Source: an uncultured bacterium (GTDB lineage Bacteria > Desulfobacterota > Deferrimicrobia > Deferrimicrobiales > Deferrimicrobiaceae). From it: a DNA stretch of 64,000 bases. A program made the position numbers and the translations under genes. The DNA is taken from assembly GCA_963741515.1 (NCBI GenBank), contig CAVUIA010000006.1:80630-144629 (forward strand), given 5' to 3'. A model generated the notes under the pieces. The model was not told the origin of the DNA and searched no databases. It saw only the letters and a program-made list of their open reading frames with translations. Positions 18,319 to 29,338 of the stretch are shown here, piece by piece. The stretch's first letter is position 1; the number at the start of each line of letters is the position of its first letter.

Positions 18319-20904
18319 ATGACCCTCCAGTTGACCCCCGCGATGCGGCAATACGTGGAGATCAAGTCGCGGTTCCGCGACTGCATCGTCTTCTTCCGGA
18401 TGGGCGACTTCTACGAGATGTTCTTCGAGGACGCCATCCGGGCCTCCCGCCTGCTCGACATCGCGCTGACCTCCCGGGACAAGGAATCGAACATCCCCAT
18501 GTGCGGGGTGCCGCACCACGCGCGCAACGCCTACCTCTCGAAGCTGATCCGCCAGGGCTGCAAGGTGGCCGTCTGCGAGCAGATCGAGGAACCGGGGCAG
18601 AAGGGGATCTTCCGGCGGGAGGTGACCGAGGTGGTCACCCCGGGGCTGGTGTTCCACGAGGAATGCCTCGACGCGCGGGGGAACAACTTCCTCGCGGCGG
18701 TGCGCTTCGTCCCTCCCTTCGCGTACGCGGCGCTCGACGCGACCACCGGCGAATTCCACCACGAGACGTGCGGCACGGAAGATGCGCTGGCCGACGCCCT
18801 CTTCCGCCTGTCCCCCGCGGAGTTCGTCGCCCTCGAGGGGGAGGGGACCCCGTCGACCTCGCGGGGGAAGCGGCTGGTCGAGGGGAAGCTTCTCACGTCG
18901 CTGTCCCCGTCCGCGGCGGAGTCGTTTCATCCCCCCGGACGGATCGAGGGCGTCCCCGCTCCGGGACATCCGGCCGCGGGGGTCGTCCGGGCCATCCTCT
19001 ATTACCTTCATGTCCACCAGCCGGCGGCGCTGTCGGAGATCGCCCGGGTCGCGGAGCGGGTCGGGGAACGGTACCTTGCGATGGACGAAACGGCGGTCCG
19101 GACGCTGGAGATCTTCTCCACCCTGTCCGGGGAGCGCAGAGGCAGCCTGCTCTGGGCGGTGGACCGCACGCGGACGCCCATGGGCGCGAGGGCGCTGCGG
19201 TCGTGGCTCGCCGTGCCGCTCCAGGACATCGGCCGGATCGGGGAACGCCACGACGCGGTGGGGGAGCTCCTCGAGGCGCACGGGGTCCGCAAGGAGCTGG
19301 CCGGCCGGCTCGACTCGATGGGAGACCTGCCCCGTCTTGCCTCCCGCCTGGCGCAGGATCGCTCCGGCCCCCGGGACGTGGGGGCGCTTCGGGACAACCT
19401 GGCGCTCATTCCGGCGTTGAAGGGGGCCCTGGGGGAGCCGGGCGCCTCGCTGCTGCGGGATGTCCGCGAACGGCTGGGAGACCATTCCGAGGCCGTGGAG
19501 CGGATCTCCCGGTCGCTGGCCGACGAGCTCCCGGCCGGGTACAAGGAGGGCGGCGTCTTCCGGCAGGGGTACGACGAGCGGGTGGACGAGCTGACCCACC
19601 TGCTGACGCACGGCAGGGAGATGCTGACCGAACTGGAATCGAGCGAGAGGCGGCGCACCGGGATCGGCACGCTCAAGGTGGGTTACAACCGCGTCTTCGG
19701 GTATTACATCGAGGTGTCCCGCGCCAACATGGACAGGGTCCCGGAAGACTATATCCGGAAGCAGACGCTGGCGAACGCGGAGCGGTACGTGACCCAGGAG
19801 CTGAAGGAGTTCGAGTCGCGGGTGCTGCGGGCCCAGGAGGAGCGCAACGCGCGGGAGGAGGAGCTGTTCCTGGCCTTGAGGGAGTCGCTCAAGAGGCACC
19901 TTCCTTCCATCCAGTCGGCCGCGGAGGCCGTGGCCGACCTGGACGTCCTGCTTTCGTTCTCCGAGCTCGCGGCCGACGGCGGGTACGGGCGCCCGCGGGT
20001 GAACGGGGGCAAGGATATCCTCATCGAGAACGGCCGGCACCCTGTGGTCGAGAAGATGCTCGGGCGCCACGCGTTCGTCCCGAACGACTGCCGCCTGTCC
20101 CCCGACGAGGCCCGCCTGGCGATCATCACGGGGCCGAACATGGCGGGGAAGTCGACGTACATCCGGCAGGTGGCGCTGATCGTCCTGCTGGCCCACGCCG
20201 GGTCCTACGTCCCGGCCGACCGGGCGGAGATCGGCGTGGTGGACCGGATCTTCACGCGCATCGGCGCCTCGGACGACCTCTCCCGCGGCGAGAGCACCTT
20301 CATGGTGGAGATGCGGGAGACGGCCCGGATCCTGTCCGGAATCACGGAGCGGACGCTGGTGGTCCTGGACGAGGTCGGCCGCGGCACGAGCACCTACGAC
20401 GGCCTCAGCATCGCCTGGGCCGTGGCCGAGCATCTCCACGACGCGCCCGCCCGCCCGAAGGTCCTCTTCGCCACCCATTTCCACGAGCTGACGGACATCG
20501 TCTCCACGTCGGCGTACGCGCGGAATTATCACGTGGCGGTCCGGGAATGGCAGGGGGACATCATCTTCCTGCGCCGCATCGACGAGGGCGTCGCGAGCAA
20601 GTCGTACGGCATCCAGGTGGCGTGCCTGGCGGGTTTGCCGCAGAGCCTCATCGCCCGCGCCCGGGAAATTTTGAAAAACCTGGAATCCGCCGAGTATAAT
20701 GAATTCGGGCTTCCGGCGCTCTCGGGCGCACAGGGGGGAAGTCCGCATGGCGCCCAGATGGACCTGTTTTCCCGCGGGGAACGGCGGGAAGAGGACGCCG
20801 TTCTGGAAGAGCTCCGGCGCACCGAGCCGGACCGGCTCACGCCGGTGGACGCCTTGATGCGGATCGCGGCCTGGAAAGAGAGGTTGAGGAAGGGGACGTC
20901 TTGA
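18319..20904 (+). CDS. mutS: DNA mismatch repair protein MutS
   Basis: 861 aa. 'TPAMRQYVEIKSRFRDCIVFFRMGDFYEMFFEDA' is the mismatch-binding Phe-x-Glu region. Walker A is 'GPNMAGKST' and 'DEVGRGTSTYDG' is present. Confidence 0.95.
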   Translation: MTLQLTPAMRQYVEIKSRFRDCIVFFRMGDFYEMFFEDAIRASRLLDIALTSRDKESNIPMCGVPHHARNAYLSKLIRQGCKVAVCEQIEEPGQKGIFRREVTEVVTPGLVFHEECLDARGNNFLAAVRFVPPFAYAALDATTGEFHHETCGTEDALADALFRLSPAEFVALEGEGTPSTSRGKRLVEGKLLTSLSPSAAESFHPPGRIEGVPAPGHPAAGVVRAILYYLHVHQPAALSEIARVAERVGERYLAMDETAVRTLEIFSTLSGERRGSLLWAVDRTRTPMGARALRSWLAVPLQDIGRIGERHDAVGELLEAHGVRKELAGRLDSMGDLPRLASRLAQDRSGPRDVGALRDNLALIPALKGALGEPGASLLRDVRERLGDHSEAVERISRSLADELPAGYKEGGVFRQGYDERVDELTHLLTHGREMLTELESSERRRTGIGTLKVGYNRVFGYYIEVSRANMDRVPEDYIRKQTLANAERYVTQELKEFESRVLRAQEERNAREEELFLALRESLKRHLPSIQSAAEAVADLDVLLSFSELAADGGYGRPRVNGGKDILIENGRHPVVEKMLGRHAFVPNDCRLSPDEARLAIITGPNMAGKSTYIRQVALIVLLAHAGSYVPADRAEIGVVDRIFTRIGASDDLSRGESTFMVEMRETARILSGITERTLVVLDEVGRGTSTYDGLSIAWAVAEHLHDAPARPKVLFATHFHELTDIVSTSAYARNYHVAVREWQGDIIFLRRIDEGVASKSYGIQVACLAGLPQSLIARAREILKNLESAEYNEFGLPALSGAQGGSPHGAQMDLFSRGERREEDAVLEELRRTEPDRLTPVDALMRIAAWKERLRKGTS

Positions 20905-22224
20905 CCCTGCCGTTTCGATACATCTGCGTCGCGCTGCTCGCGGCCCTCCTGTCCGCGGCGCCCGTCGCGCTCGCCGGCCGCCCAGGGAGCGGCTCCGCCC
21001 GAAAGTTCCCCCGTCCTTTCCGGAATACACGCCTGGACCAACGAGATCTACACCCGGGTGGCGATCTACACCGGGGAGGAGGTCCACTGGCAGGCGGACA
21101 CCGTGCTGGCCGACCCATCCCGGGGCCTCCCTCCCCGGATCTTCGTCGATATCCGCGGCGTGGGGATCAAGAGCGAGATCCTGCACAATCCCGTGGGGGT
21201 CAACAACGGCCTGCTCCGGCAGGTGCGCGCCGGCCGGTTCAGCAGGGACACCGTCCGGGTCGTGATCGACCTCGAGAGGTCGAGCACGTTCCGGGTCTTC
21301 GCCCTTCCCGACCCCTACAGGATCATCATCGACATCGACGGGGAAGGGGCGATCCCCTTGCCTCGCGAAGACGCGGCGGTTGCGCAGGCCGCGGAGCCCG
21401 TTTCCCCGCCGGCGGCGCCGGCACCGGAAGCGGCCCCGGGCCCGTTTCTGACCGCGCCGCCGGCCCCGCCCCCGCCTCCGGAGGCGTCTTTCCGCAAGGA
21501 GCCGCCCGCGCCGGTAGTCTCCCTGCGCCGCAGACGGGTCCGCGTGATGATCGATCCCGGCCATGGGGGGAAGGACCCGGGGGCGACCGGGCCGACGGGG
21601 CTGAAAGAGAAGGACGTGGTGCTCGACATCGGCCGCATGGTGCGGGACCGCCTGGCGCGCCACGAGGGGTACGAGGTCCGCATGACGCGGGACAGCGACG
21701 TTTTCATCCCGCTGGAAGAGCGGACGGCGATGGCGAACCGGGGCCGGGCCGACATCTTCGTCTCCCTCCACATCAACGCCAGCCGCAACCGGAAGACGAA
21801 GGGAATTTCCACGTTCGTCTTTTCCCGGGGGGCGAGCAACCAGGAAGACCTCGAGCTGGCCGCGCGGGAGAACGGGGTGCCCGTGGCCCGGCTGAAAGGG
21901 GTCAAGTTCATCATCGACGACATGTTCACCGGGGCCCGCAAGAACGAATCGCTGAAGCTCGCGAAGACGATGAACGACGCCATCTGCCGGAGCGTCTCCT
22001 CGGCCTACGGCGCCCCGGAGAACCTGGGGCTGAAGCAGGCGCCTTTCTTCGTCCTCGTCGGGGCGCGGATGACCTCGGTTCTCGTCGAGACCTCCTTCAT
22101 CAGCAACGCGCACGAAGAGGCCCGGCTCAGGGACGAGGCCTACCTTGCGCGGGTGGCGGACGGCATCGCGGAAGCGGTGCGCTACTACGGACAGAACGGC
22201 AACTTCGCCAGGCCGGAATTCTAA
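20901..22224 (+). CDS. amiC: N-acetylmuramoyl-L-alanine amidase (signal peptide + AMIN domain + Amidase_3), reading frame interrupted once
   Basis: The Sec signal peptide 'LTLPFRYICVALLAALLSAAPVALA' (TTG 20901) is in frame 0. The AMIN/amidase body ('SGIHAWTNEIYTRVAIY..', 'IDPGHGGKDPGA', 'FVSLHINAS') is in frame 1. Removing one C from the C5 run at 21008-21012 joins them. The uninterrupted ORF runs 21058-22224. Confidence 0.7.
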
Positions 22225-24901
22225 GTGCCCGTCCCGACCTTCCCCCCGGAGCTGAACCTTCCAGGCCTTGCGGACAGGGAGTTCCTCGACCGGACGAGGG
22301 AGTTCCTCCAGGCGACCCATTTCGCCTTGAGGGAGGAGCAGCGGCTCTGCCTTTGCGGCGGACTCGCGGCGTGCCGGAAATATTCCGACGCCGTCGACGC
22401 GGTCGTCTCGGTCCTTTACGACAGGGCCAGGGCGCGCTTCCTCGCTTCCACGCCGGACATGAAATACCGGATGACGGCGATCGCCGTCGGCGGGTACGGA
22501 CGGCGCGAGCTTTGCCCGAAATCCGACGTGGACCTGCTCTTCCTCTACCATTACAAGGTCGACTGGTACGTGGAGGCGATGACCGAAGGGATGCTCTACC
22601 CCTTGTGGGACCTCGGGCTCGAGGTGGGGCACAGCGTCCGGAACATCAAGGAAACGGTCCGCCTGGCGCTGGCCGACGATTCCATCCGGAGTTCGCTGCT
22701 CGACTACCGGTACGTCGCCGGCGACCGGGGGCTCCTCGAGAGGGATTCGGAGGAGCTGGACCGCCTGGTCTATTACACCGCCGGCGACCGCTTCATCGAC
22801 AGCAAGATCGCGGAGATGCGCTCGCGGCACGACAAGGTGGGCTCGACGGTCTACCTGCTCGAGCCCAACGTCAAGGACGGCCGCGGCGGCCTGCGGGACC
22901 TGCAGACGGCGGTATGGGCGGCCCGCGTGAAATACAAGTGCCGCGACCTGAAGGAGCTGCGGCGGAAGGGAGTCGTCGACGCCCAGGCGGCCGAGGGAAT
23001 ACGCCACGTGATGGACTACCTCTTGAGGATCCGCAACGAGCTGCACTATATCCTCGGGAAGAAGTCGGACGTGCTTTCCTTCGAGTCGCAGGAGCAGCTC
23101 GCCGAGCTGTTCGGCTACCGGAAACTGGGCGCCAGCCTCGGCGTGGAGCGGTTCATGCGGTCGTACTACCTCCATGCGGCCTCCGCGGCGCAGTTGACGC
23201 GGGCGATCCTCGAGGAGGTCGGCCGTCCCCTCCCCGAGGACCCGGCCCGCAATCCGTTCGATTTCCTGAGGGGCCGCTGGATCGGGAAAGGGGCGATCCT
23301 CTACAAGGGAAAGCTGCAGACCAAGGACGGCGCGGCGTTCGAAAAGGAGCCGATCCGCATCCTCGAGTTCTTCCGGACGCTGCAGAAGACGAAATCGGCC
23401 CTCTCCCTGCAGGCGAAACGGACCATCCAGGGGGCCCTTCCCGCCATCGGGGAGGCGTTCCGGTCCGACCGGGCGGCGGCCCTGCTGTTCATGGAGATCC
23501 TCTCCGATCCCGTCCACCTGCGCGAGACGCTCCTCGCGATGAACGAATGCCTTTTCCTGGGTAGGTTCATCCCCGAGTTCGGGCCGCTGCACTGCAGGGT
23601 GCTGCGGGACATCTACCACGTCTACACGGCGGACATCCACTCCATCCGGTGCGCGAGCGTCCTGGCCCGGATCGCCGGGTCGGATCGGCGGACCCCCGAG
23701 GAGGAGGAGTTCCTGAAGATCTACGGAAGGGTCCGGGACAAGGCGCTCCTGACGCTGGCGATCCTGCTGCACGACATCGGCAAGGGGAAGGGGCACGGAC
23801 ACTCCCGGATCGGCGCCGAGATCGTGGCGCGCGTCGGCGCCCGGTGGGGGATGAAGGAGGACGACATCTCCGACCTCGTGTTCCTCGTCGAGCAGCACCT
23901 GCTGATGGCCCACGTGTCCCAGCGGCGCGACCTGCACGACATCGAGATGATCCTTTCCTTCGCGGAGACCGTCCGGACCCCCGCCCGGCTGGACCAGCTC
24001 TACCTTCTGACGTACGCGGACATGAAGGAAGTGGGGCCGGAAGTATGGACCGAGTGGAAAGCGATGCTCCTGAACGAGCTGTACGAGAAGGGGCGCAACG
24101 TCCTGGAGCAGGGGAGCGCTGAAGCACCCCTTCGAGGAGCGGGCGTTCGCGCGGCGCAGCCTGGTGGCGGAGCGGCTGAGGGAGGAACCCGACCGCACGG
24201 GAGAGAAGTTCATCGCCCGGGTGGACGACCGGTACATCATCGGCACGCCGGACGCCCGGTTCGTCGATCACTGCCGGCTCCTGGCCCGGTTCGACGGGAA
24301 GACCCCCATCGTGGAGACGATCGACACTCCGGGAGCGGGCGCGTCCGAGTTCATCGTCGTCTGCCCGGACGAGCACGGCCTCTTCGCCAAGATCGCGGGA
24401 ACCCTTTCGGCCAACGGGGTGAACATCCTGAACGCGTCGATCTTCACGACGCTCGACGGAGTGGCGCTGGACACCTTTTACGTGAACTACCGGGGGAAGA
24501 GCTTCCAGGGAGAGCCGAAAAAGGAACGGGTGGTCGCGGCCCTGGCGGCCGTTCTCGAGGGCACGATGTCGGTGGAGGCCCTCATCGCGGAGCCGAGGGT
24601 GGGCCGGTTCGTGAGGGACAAGGTGCCCCGTTACAGGCCCACCCGCGTGAACTTCGACAATACCGCGTCTTCCCGCTACACGGTCGTCGACATCTTCACG
24701 TACGACCGGATCGGGCTGCTCTACGACATCACCAGGGCGCTCACCTCGCTCGGGATCGACATCCACCTGTCGAAGATCTCGACGAAGGCCGACCAGGTGG
24801 CCGACGCCTTCTACCTGTCGGACCGGGGCGCCGGAAAGATCACGGATCCCGCGCGGCAGGAAGAGGTCCGCAAGGCCCTCCTCGATTCCATAGGGGATTG
24901 A
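22225..24901 (+). CDS. glnD: [protein-PII] uridylyltransferase/uridylyl-removing enzyme GlnD (NTase + HD + 2 ACT), one frameshift
   Basis: The N-terminal part is in frame 1 ('AIAVGGYGRRELCPKSDVDLLFL', HD 'LLHDIGKG'). The ACT domains are in frame 2 (ORF 24164-24901). The frames join at 'NVLEQG|ALKHPFEER' if one G is dropped from the G run at 24111-24114. Confidence 0.8.
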
Positions 24902-24906
24902 AGCCG

Positions 24907-25803
24907 GTGGACAACGACGCCCTGGCGGAATCGTACCTGCTCCATCTCGCGACGGAGCGGCGTCTTTCCGCCAACACCCTCGATTCGTACGGCGCCGACC
25001 TGAGGCGGTTCATCGACTTCCTGGAATCGGGCGGGATCGACGCGAGGGCGTTCACCCGCAGCCACTTCCTTTCCTACCTCACCGGCCTGCGGGAGGGGGG
25101 GCTGTCCGCCCGGTCCGTCTCCCGGCACGTCTCCGCGCTGCGCTCCTTTTTCCGGTTCCTGGTCCGCGAAGGGCACCTTTCCGGAAGCCCGATCGCCGAG
25201 GTGCGGGCGCCGAAACTGGGCCGGCCGCTGCCCCGGTTCCTCACGGTGAGCCAGGTGACGGCGCTGCTGGAAGCCCCCGACCGGCAGCGCGCCACCCCCG
25301 AGGGGATACGCGACAAGGCGATGCTGACGCTGATGTACGCATCGGGGCTTCGCGCGTCGGAAGTCGTGTCGCTCCGGTTGGAGAACGTCGACTCGAACGC
25401 CGGTTTCTTAAGGGTCCTGGGGAAGGGGAGCAAGGAGCGCGTCGTGCCGGTCGCCGACGCCGCCCTGGGCGTCTTGAACGAGTACATGGAGGCGGCCCGT
25501 CCCGGTTTCCTGAAGAAAAAGGTCACGAACGCCCTGTTCCTGTCCCGCCTGGGAAAGCCGATCACGCGGCAGACGCTGTGGAACCGGATCCGCTACTGGG
25601 CCATGGCGGCCGGTATCGAGGAGAGGATCTCCCCCCATATGCTCCGGCACTCGTTCGCGGGGCACCTGCTGGCCGGCGGGGCGGACCTTCGCGCCGTGCA
25701 GGCGATGCTCGGCCACGCCGACATCGCCACAACGCAGATCTACACCCACGTCACCTCCGAGCGCCTTCGCGAGATCCACCGGAAACACCACCCCCGCGGC
25801 TGA
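24907..25803 (+). CDS. xerD: site-specific tyrosine recombinase XerD
   Basis: 298 aa with a GTG start. 'SANTLDSYGADLRRF', 'LRASEVVSL', 'GKGSKERVVP' and 'HMLRHSFAGHLLAGGADLRAVQAMLGHADIATTQIYTHV..HHPRG' are near-collinear with E. coli XerD. Confidence 0.85.
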   Translation: MDNDALAESYLLHLATERRLSANTLDSYGADLRRFIDFLESGGIDARAFTRSHFLSYLTGLREGGLSARSVSRHVSALRSFFRFLVREGHLSGSPIAEVRAPKLGRPLPRFLTVSQVTALLEAPDRQRATPEGIRDKAMLTLMYASGLRASEVVSLRLENVDSNAGFLRVLGKGSKERVVPVADAALGVLNEYMEAARPGFLKKKVTNALFLSRLGKPITRQTLWNRIRYWAMAAGIEERISPHMLRHSFAGHLLAGGADLRAVQAMLGHADIATTQIYTHVTSERLREIHRKHHPRG

Positions 25804-25841
25804 CCCACGCATTTTTCCGCCGGTTCCCGTAAGATAGAACC

Positions 25842-28514
25842 GTGGAAGTCATCACGACCCATGTGAACGCCGACTTCGACACGATCGCCTCGATGCTGGC
25901 GGCGCAGAAGCTGTACCCGGACGCCGTGTGCGTCCTCCCGGGGGCGCCGGAGGAGTCGGTCAAGGGATTCCTCGTCCAGTCCGCCTTCTACACCCTTCCC
26001 ATGCGGAAGCCCCGCGATATCGACCTCGGGCAGGTGACGCGGGTGATCCTCGTCGACATCCGGAACAGCGCCCGGCTCGGCATGTTCGGGGAGCTGGTGG
26101 GGAAGCCGGGGGTGGAGTTCCACATCTACGACCACCATCCCGACGACGCGGCCGATATCCGGGGCGACGTGGAGGTCATCCGGCGGGTCGGCTCCACCAC
26201 CACGATCCTGGTGCGGATCCTCAAGGAGAGAGGCATCCCGATCTCCGCGGACGAGGCCACCGTGATGATGCTGGGGATCTACGAGGACACCGGGTCGCTG
26301 ATCTTCCCGTCCACCACGGAGGAAGATTACCTGGCCGCGGCGCACCTCCTTTCCTGCGGCGGGCGGCTGGCGGAGGTCGGGGACATCCTGACGCGGGACA
26401 TGACCTCCGGCCAGGTCTCCCTGCTGTACGACCTGATCCAGGGGTCCCGTTCTTACACGATCCACGGGGTGGAAGTGGTGATCGCCGAGGCGCGGCGGGA
26501 GGAGTACGTGGGGGACCTCGCGCTCCTCGTGCACAAGCTGCGGGACATGGAGGCCGTGAACGTCCTCTTCGTCCTGTGCCAGATGGGCGACCGGGTGGTC
26601 CTGGTGGGGCGGAGCCGGAAGGCCGAGGTCGACGCCGGGGCGGTGATGCGCGAATTCGGCGGCGGCGGGCACGCGTACGCCGCGTCGGCCTCGGTGAAGG
26701 ACGCCACGATCTTCCAGGTGCGGGAGCGGCTCCTTAGGACGCTGGCCGAAAAGGTCATTCCGCGCCGGATCGCGTCCGACCTGATGGTGTCCCCCCCGCG
26801 CACCGTCGACGCCGACGATACGATCCACGACGTCAACCGGAAGATCGCCCGTTCCGGCCTGAACGCCGTCCCCGTCATGCGGGGGACCGAGGTGGTGGGG
26901 ATCCTCACCCGCCAGGTGGTGGAGAAGGCGTCCTTCCACGGGCTGGGCGAGGAGACCGCGGCCGAGTACATGAACGGCGACTTCGAGGTGGTCGCCCCCG
27001 GGGACGGGATCGAGCGGATCCAGGAAGTCGTCATCGGGAAGAACCAGCGGCTGGTCCCGGTGGTCCGGGGGAAAGAGCTGGTCGGCATCATCACCCGGAC
27101 GGGGCTGCTCCGGTTCCTCTACGACGTCCGGGACGTCGAGCACCCGGACACCGGGGAGGATATCCCCCTGGAAGGGGCGATGGCGCGCCCGAAGAGCGTG
27201 ACGAACCTGATGCGGGAACGCCTTCCGGAACGGGTGATGGAGCTGCTGAGGAAGGCGGGGGCGTGCGCCGAAAGACTGGGGATGCGGGCGTACGTGGTGG
27301 GCGGCTTCGCCCGCGACCTGGTGATGCGGGGGGAGAACCTCGACGTGGATATCGTCGTGGAAGGCGAAGGGATCCGCTTCGCCGAGCGGTTCGGCAAGGA
27401 AGAGGGCGCGCGGGTCCGGCCGCACCACAAGTTCGCCACCGCCGTGCTCGTTTTCCCGGACGAATTCAAGATCGACGTGGCTTCCGCCCGGGTGGAGTAC
27501 TACCTGGAGCCGGGGGCGCTTCCCACGGTGGAATACAGTTCGCTGAAGCAGGACATGTACCGGCGCGATTTCACCATCAATACCCTGGCGGTCCGGCTGA
27601 ATCCCGCCGGATTCGGCGAGTTGATCGATTTCTTCGGCGCCCAGAGGGACATCAAGGAGAAGGGGATCCGGGTCCTGCACTCCCTGTCGTTCGTGGAGGA
27701 TCCCACGCGGATCCTGCGCGCGGTCCGGTTCGAGCGCCGGTTCGGTTTCATCATCAGCCGCCACACGCTGAACCTCATCCGGAACGCCGTGCGGCTCGAC
27801 CTGGTGAGCCGGCTTCCGAAACCCAGACTTTTCAGTGAATTGGAGCTGATACTTCAAGAATCGGATCCGGTTTCGATCCTTGCCCGGTTGGCCGAACTGG
27901 GGATCGGGACGTCGATCCATCCCGCCTTGGCGTTCGACAAGGCGCACATCGCGCTTCTCGAGGAAACGCAGGAGGTCCTCGGCTGGTTTTCCCTGCTGTT
28001 CCTCGAGGAGAAGGTCGAAAAATGGGCGGTCTTCTTCCTTGCCCTGCTCGATCCCCTGTCCCCGGCGGAAGCGAAGAAGCTGGCGAAAGATCTGGGAGTG
28101 CGGTCGCGGGTGCGGGAATGGGTGCGGATCTGCAAGGAGGAAGGGATGGGGGTGATCCAGCAGCTGGTGCTGAGGCCTGCCATCTCCCGGAAGGCGATCT
28201 ACGACATCCTGTCCGTCGTGCCGAACGAGGTAATTCTGTACTTGATGGCTTACTCGAAACATCCTGATATCAAAAGATATATTTCTCTATATTTCACGCA
28301 ACTCAAGAACGTTCGCCACCAGGTGAGCGGACAGGACCTGATCGATCTGGGGTACCCGCCCGGCCCGCGGTTCAAGGAAATCTTCGATGCCATCCTCGAG
28401 TGCAAGTTCTCCGGCGAACTCAGGACGAAGAACGAGGAGATCGCGTTCGTACAGGAGCATTTTTCAAAATCCGGGACGTTGATGAGTTCTTCCGCAGTTT
28501 GGGGACAGAGATGA
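25842..28514 (+). CDS. multidomain DHH/DHHA1 phosphoesterase - CBS pair - poly(A) polymerase/CCA-adding nucleotidyltransferase family protein
   Basis: 890 aa. The N-terminus has 'THVNADFDTIASM' and 'DHHP' (DHH). Two CBS motifs lie in the middle. The C-terminal half has 'YVVGGFARDLVMR..LDVDIVVEG' and 'RRDFTINTLA' (PolyA_pol head). Confidence 0.8.
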   Translation: MEVITTHVNADFDTIASMLAAQKLYPDAVCVLPGAPEESVKGFLVQSAFYTLPMRKPRDIDLGQVTRVILVDIRNSARLGMFGELVGKPGVEFHIYDHHPDDAADIRGDVEVIRRVGSTTTILVRILKERGIPISADEATVMMLGIYEDTGSLIFPSTTEEDYLAAAHLLSCGGRLAEVGDILTRDMTSGQVSLLYDLIQGSRSYTIHGVEVVIAEARREEYVGDLALLVHKLRDMEAVNVLFVLCQMGDRVVLVGRSRKAEVDAGAVMREFGGGGHAYAASASVKDATIFQVRERLLRTLAEKVIPRRIASDLMVSPPRTVDADDTIHDVNRKIARSGLNAVPVMRGTEVVGILTRQVVEKASFHGLGEETAAEYMNGDFEVVAPGDGIERIQEVVIGKNQRLVPVVRGKELVGIITRTGLLRFLYDVRDVEHPDTGEDIPLEGAMARPKSVTNLMRERLPERVMELLRKAGACAERLGMRAYVVGGFARDLVMRGENLDVDIVVEGEGIRFAERFGKEEGARVRPHHKFATAVLVFPDEFKIDVASARVEYYLEPGALPTVEYSSLKQDMYRRDFTINTLAVRLNPAGFGELIDFFGAQRDIKEKGIRVLHSLSFVEDPTRILRAVRFERRFGFIISRHTLNLIRNAVRLDLVSRLPKPRLFSELELILQESDPVSILARLAELGIGTSIHPALAFDKAHIALLEETQEVLGWFSLLFLEEKVEKWAVFFLALLDPLSPAEAKKLAKDLGVRSRVREWVRICKEEGMGVIQQLVLRPAISRKAIYDILSVVPNEVILYLMAYSKHPDIKRYISLYFTQLKNVRHQVSGQDLIDLGYPPGPRFKEIFDAILECKFSGELRTKNEEIAFVQEHFSKSGTLMSSSAVWGQR

Positions 28515-28566
28515 ACGCACCCCAGAGAGTGTCCCTCTTTTGCGGAAGAACTCATCAACGTCCCGG
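28471..28566. repeat. 26-bp perfect inverted repeat (ccgggacgttgatgagttcttccgca / tgcggaagaactcatcaacgtcccgg) with a 44-nt spacer, spanning the stop codon of the upstream gene; probable terminator or processing hairpin
   Basis: The arms are 28471-28496 and 28541-28566 and are exact reverse complements. The spacer holds a smaller gggaca/tgtccc hairpin. A T-rich tract 'ttttgtggttt' follows. Confidence 0.6.
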
Positions 28567-28615
28567 TTTTGTGGTTTGATGTTAAAATTACTGATTCGAA
28601 CCGGAGGGGGTTGTA

Positions 28616-29311
28616 TTGCCTGACATCGCGGATTTCCTTCATAAAGTTTCCATATACGCCATACCGGTGATCCTGGCGATCACCTTCCACGAGGCGGCGC
28701 ATGGTTATGCCGCTTTGAAGAAGGGCGATCCCACGGCGATGATGCTGGGCAGGGTGACGCTGAATCCGATACCCCACATCGACCTGGTCGGCACGATCAT
28801 CCTCCCCGTCGTCATGCTCCTGACGGGGACGGGGATGATCTTCGGGTGGGCGAAGCCGGTCCCGGTGAACTTCCGGCTCCTGCGGGACCAGAAGTGGGAC
28901 CCGATCTACGTTTCCGCCGCGGGCGTGGTGACCAACCTGGGGCTGGCTGCCGTTTCGGGGGTCCTCTTCCGCCTTCTCGTCGCCTTCGATCCCGGCCTGC
29001 TGGCCGAGTCGATGATGGGCGCGGCCGGGGCGCCCGACGTTTCCTCCCGCGTCGTGACGGTCCCCCTGGCCCTCATGTGCGTGGTGTCGGTCCAGTTCAA
29101 CGCGCTGCTGGCCGTCTTCAACATGATCCCGATCCCGCCCCTGGACGGCGGCCGGATCGCCGTGGGGCTCCTGCCTCCCCGCGCATCCATGGCGCTGGCG
29201 TCGGTGGAGCGGTACGGCATGCTGATCGTACTCGCGCTTCTCATGTTCGGCCCGCTTGGTATAATCTGGCATTTCGTCCAGGTGATCACTACGTTCCTGC
29301 TGGGCGGGTAA
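28616..29311 (+). CDS. site-2 protease family (peptidase M50) membrane metalloprotease
   Basis: 231 aa, polytopic. It has the HExxH 'FHEAAHGYAA' and the downstream 'NMIPIPPLDGG' (NPDG-like) motif. Confidence 0.75.
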   Translation: MPDIADFLHKVSIYAIPVILAITFHEAAHGYAALKKGDPTAMMLGRVTLNPIPHIDLVGTIILPVVMLLTGTGMIFGWAKPVPVNFRLLRDQKWDPIYVSAAGVVTNLGLAAVSGVLFRLLVAFDPGLLAESMMGAAGAPDVSSRVVTVPLALMCVVSVQFNALLAVFNMIPIPPLDGGRIAVGLLPPRASMALASVERYGMLIVLALLMFGPLGIIWHFVQVITTFLLGG

Positions 29312-29338
29312 TCCATCGCTTCGGGAAGGGGAAAGACG

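Noticed and set aside
14748-24246. Very long antisense or alternative-frame ORFs in the six-frame track, e.g. 18271-24246 (-) 1991 aa, 14748-18212 (-) 1154 aa, 4400-7924 (+) 1174 aa, 3663-6332 (-) 889 aa and 25740-28262 (-) 840 aa.
   Set aside because: Their translations are Arg/Pro/Gly/Ala-rich low-complexity strings with no recognisable motifs. They lie entirely opposite or out of frame to strongly conserved genes (rpsA, mutS, amiC, glnD, pgi, mutL). Such stop-free shadow frames are expected in high-GC DNA.
22225-25803. A 1192-aa ORF that looks like one giant protein.
   Set aside because: It is the GlnD N-terminal two-thirds, then about 790 nt of out-of-frame read-through of the glnD 3' part, then xerD, which happens to share the frame. 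The true genes are glnD (one indel) and xerD (GTG 24907).
24907-25803. A tyrosine recombinase as a marker of an integrated mobile element.
   Set aside because: It is collinear with chromosomal XerD down to the C-terminal HHPRG. It is embedded among housekeeping genes, and no flanking att-like repeats or cargo genes were seen.
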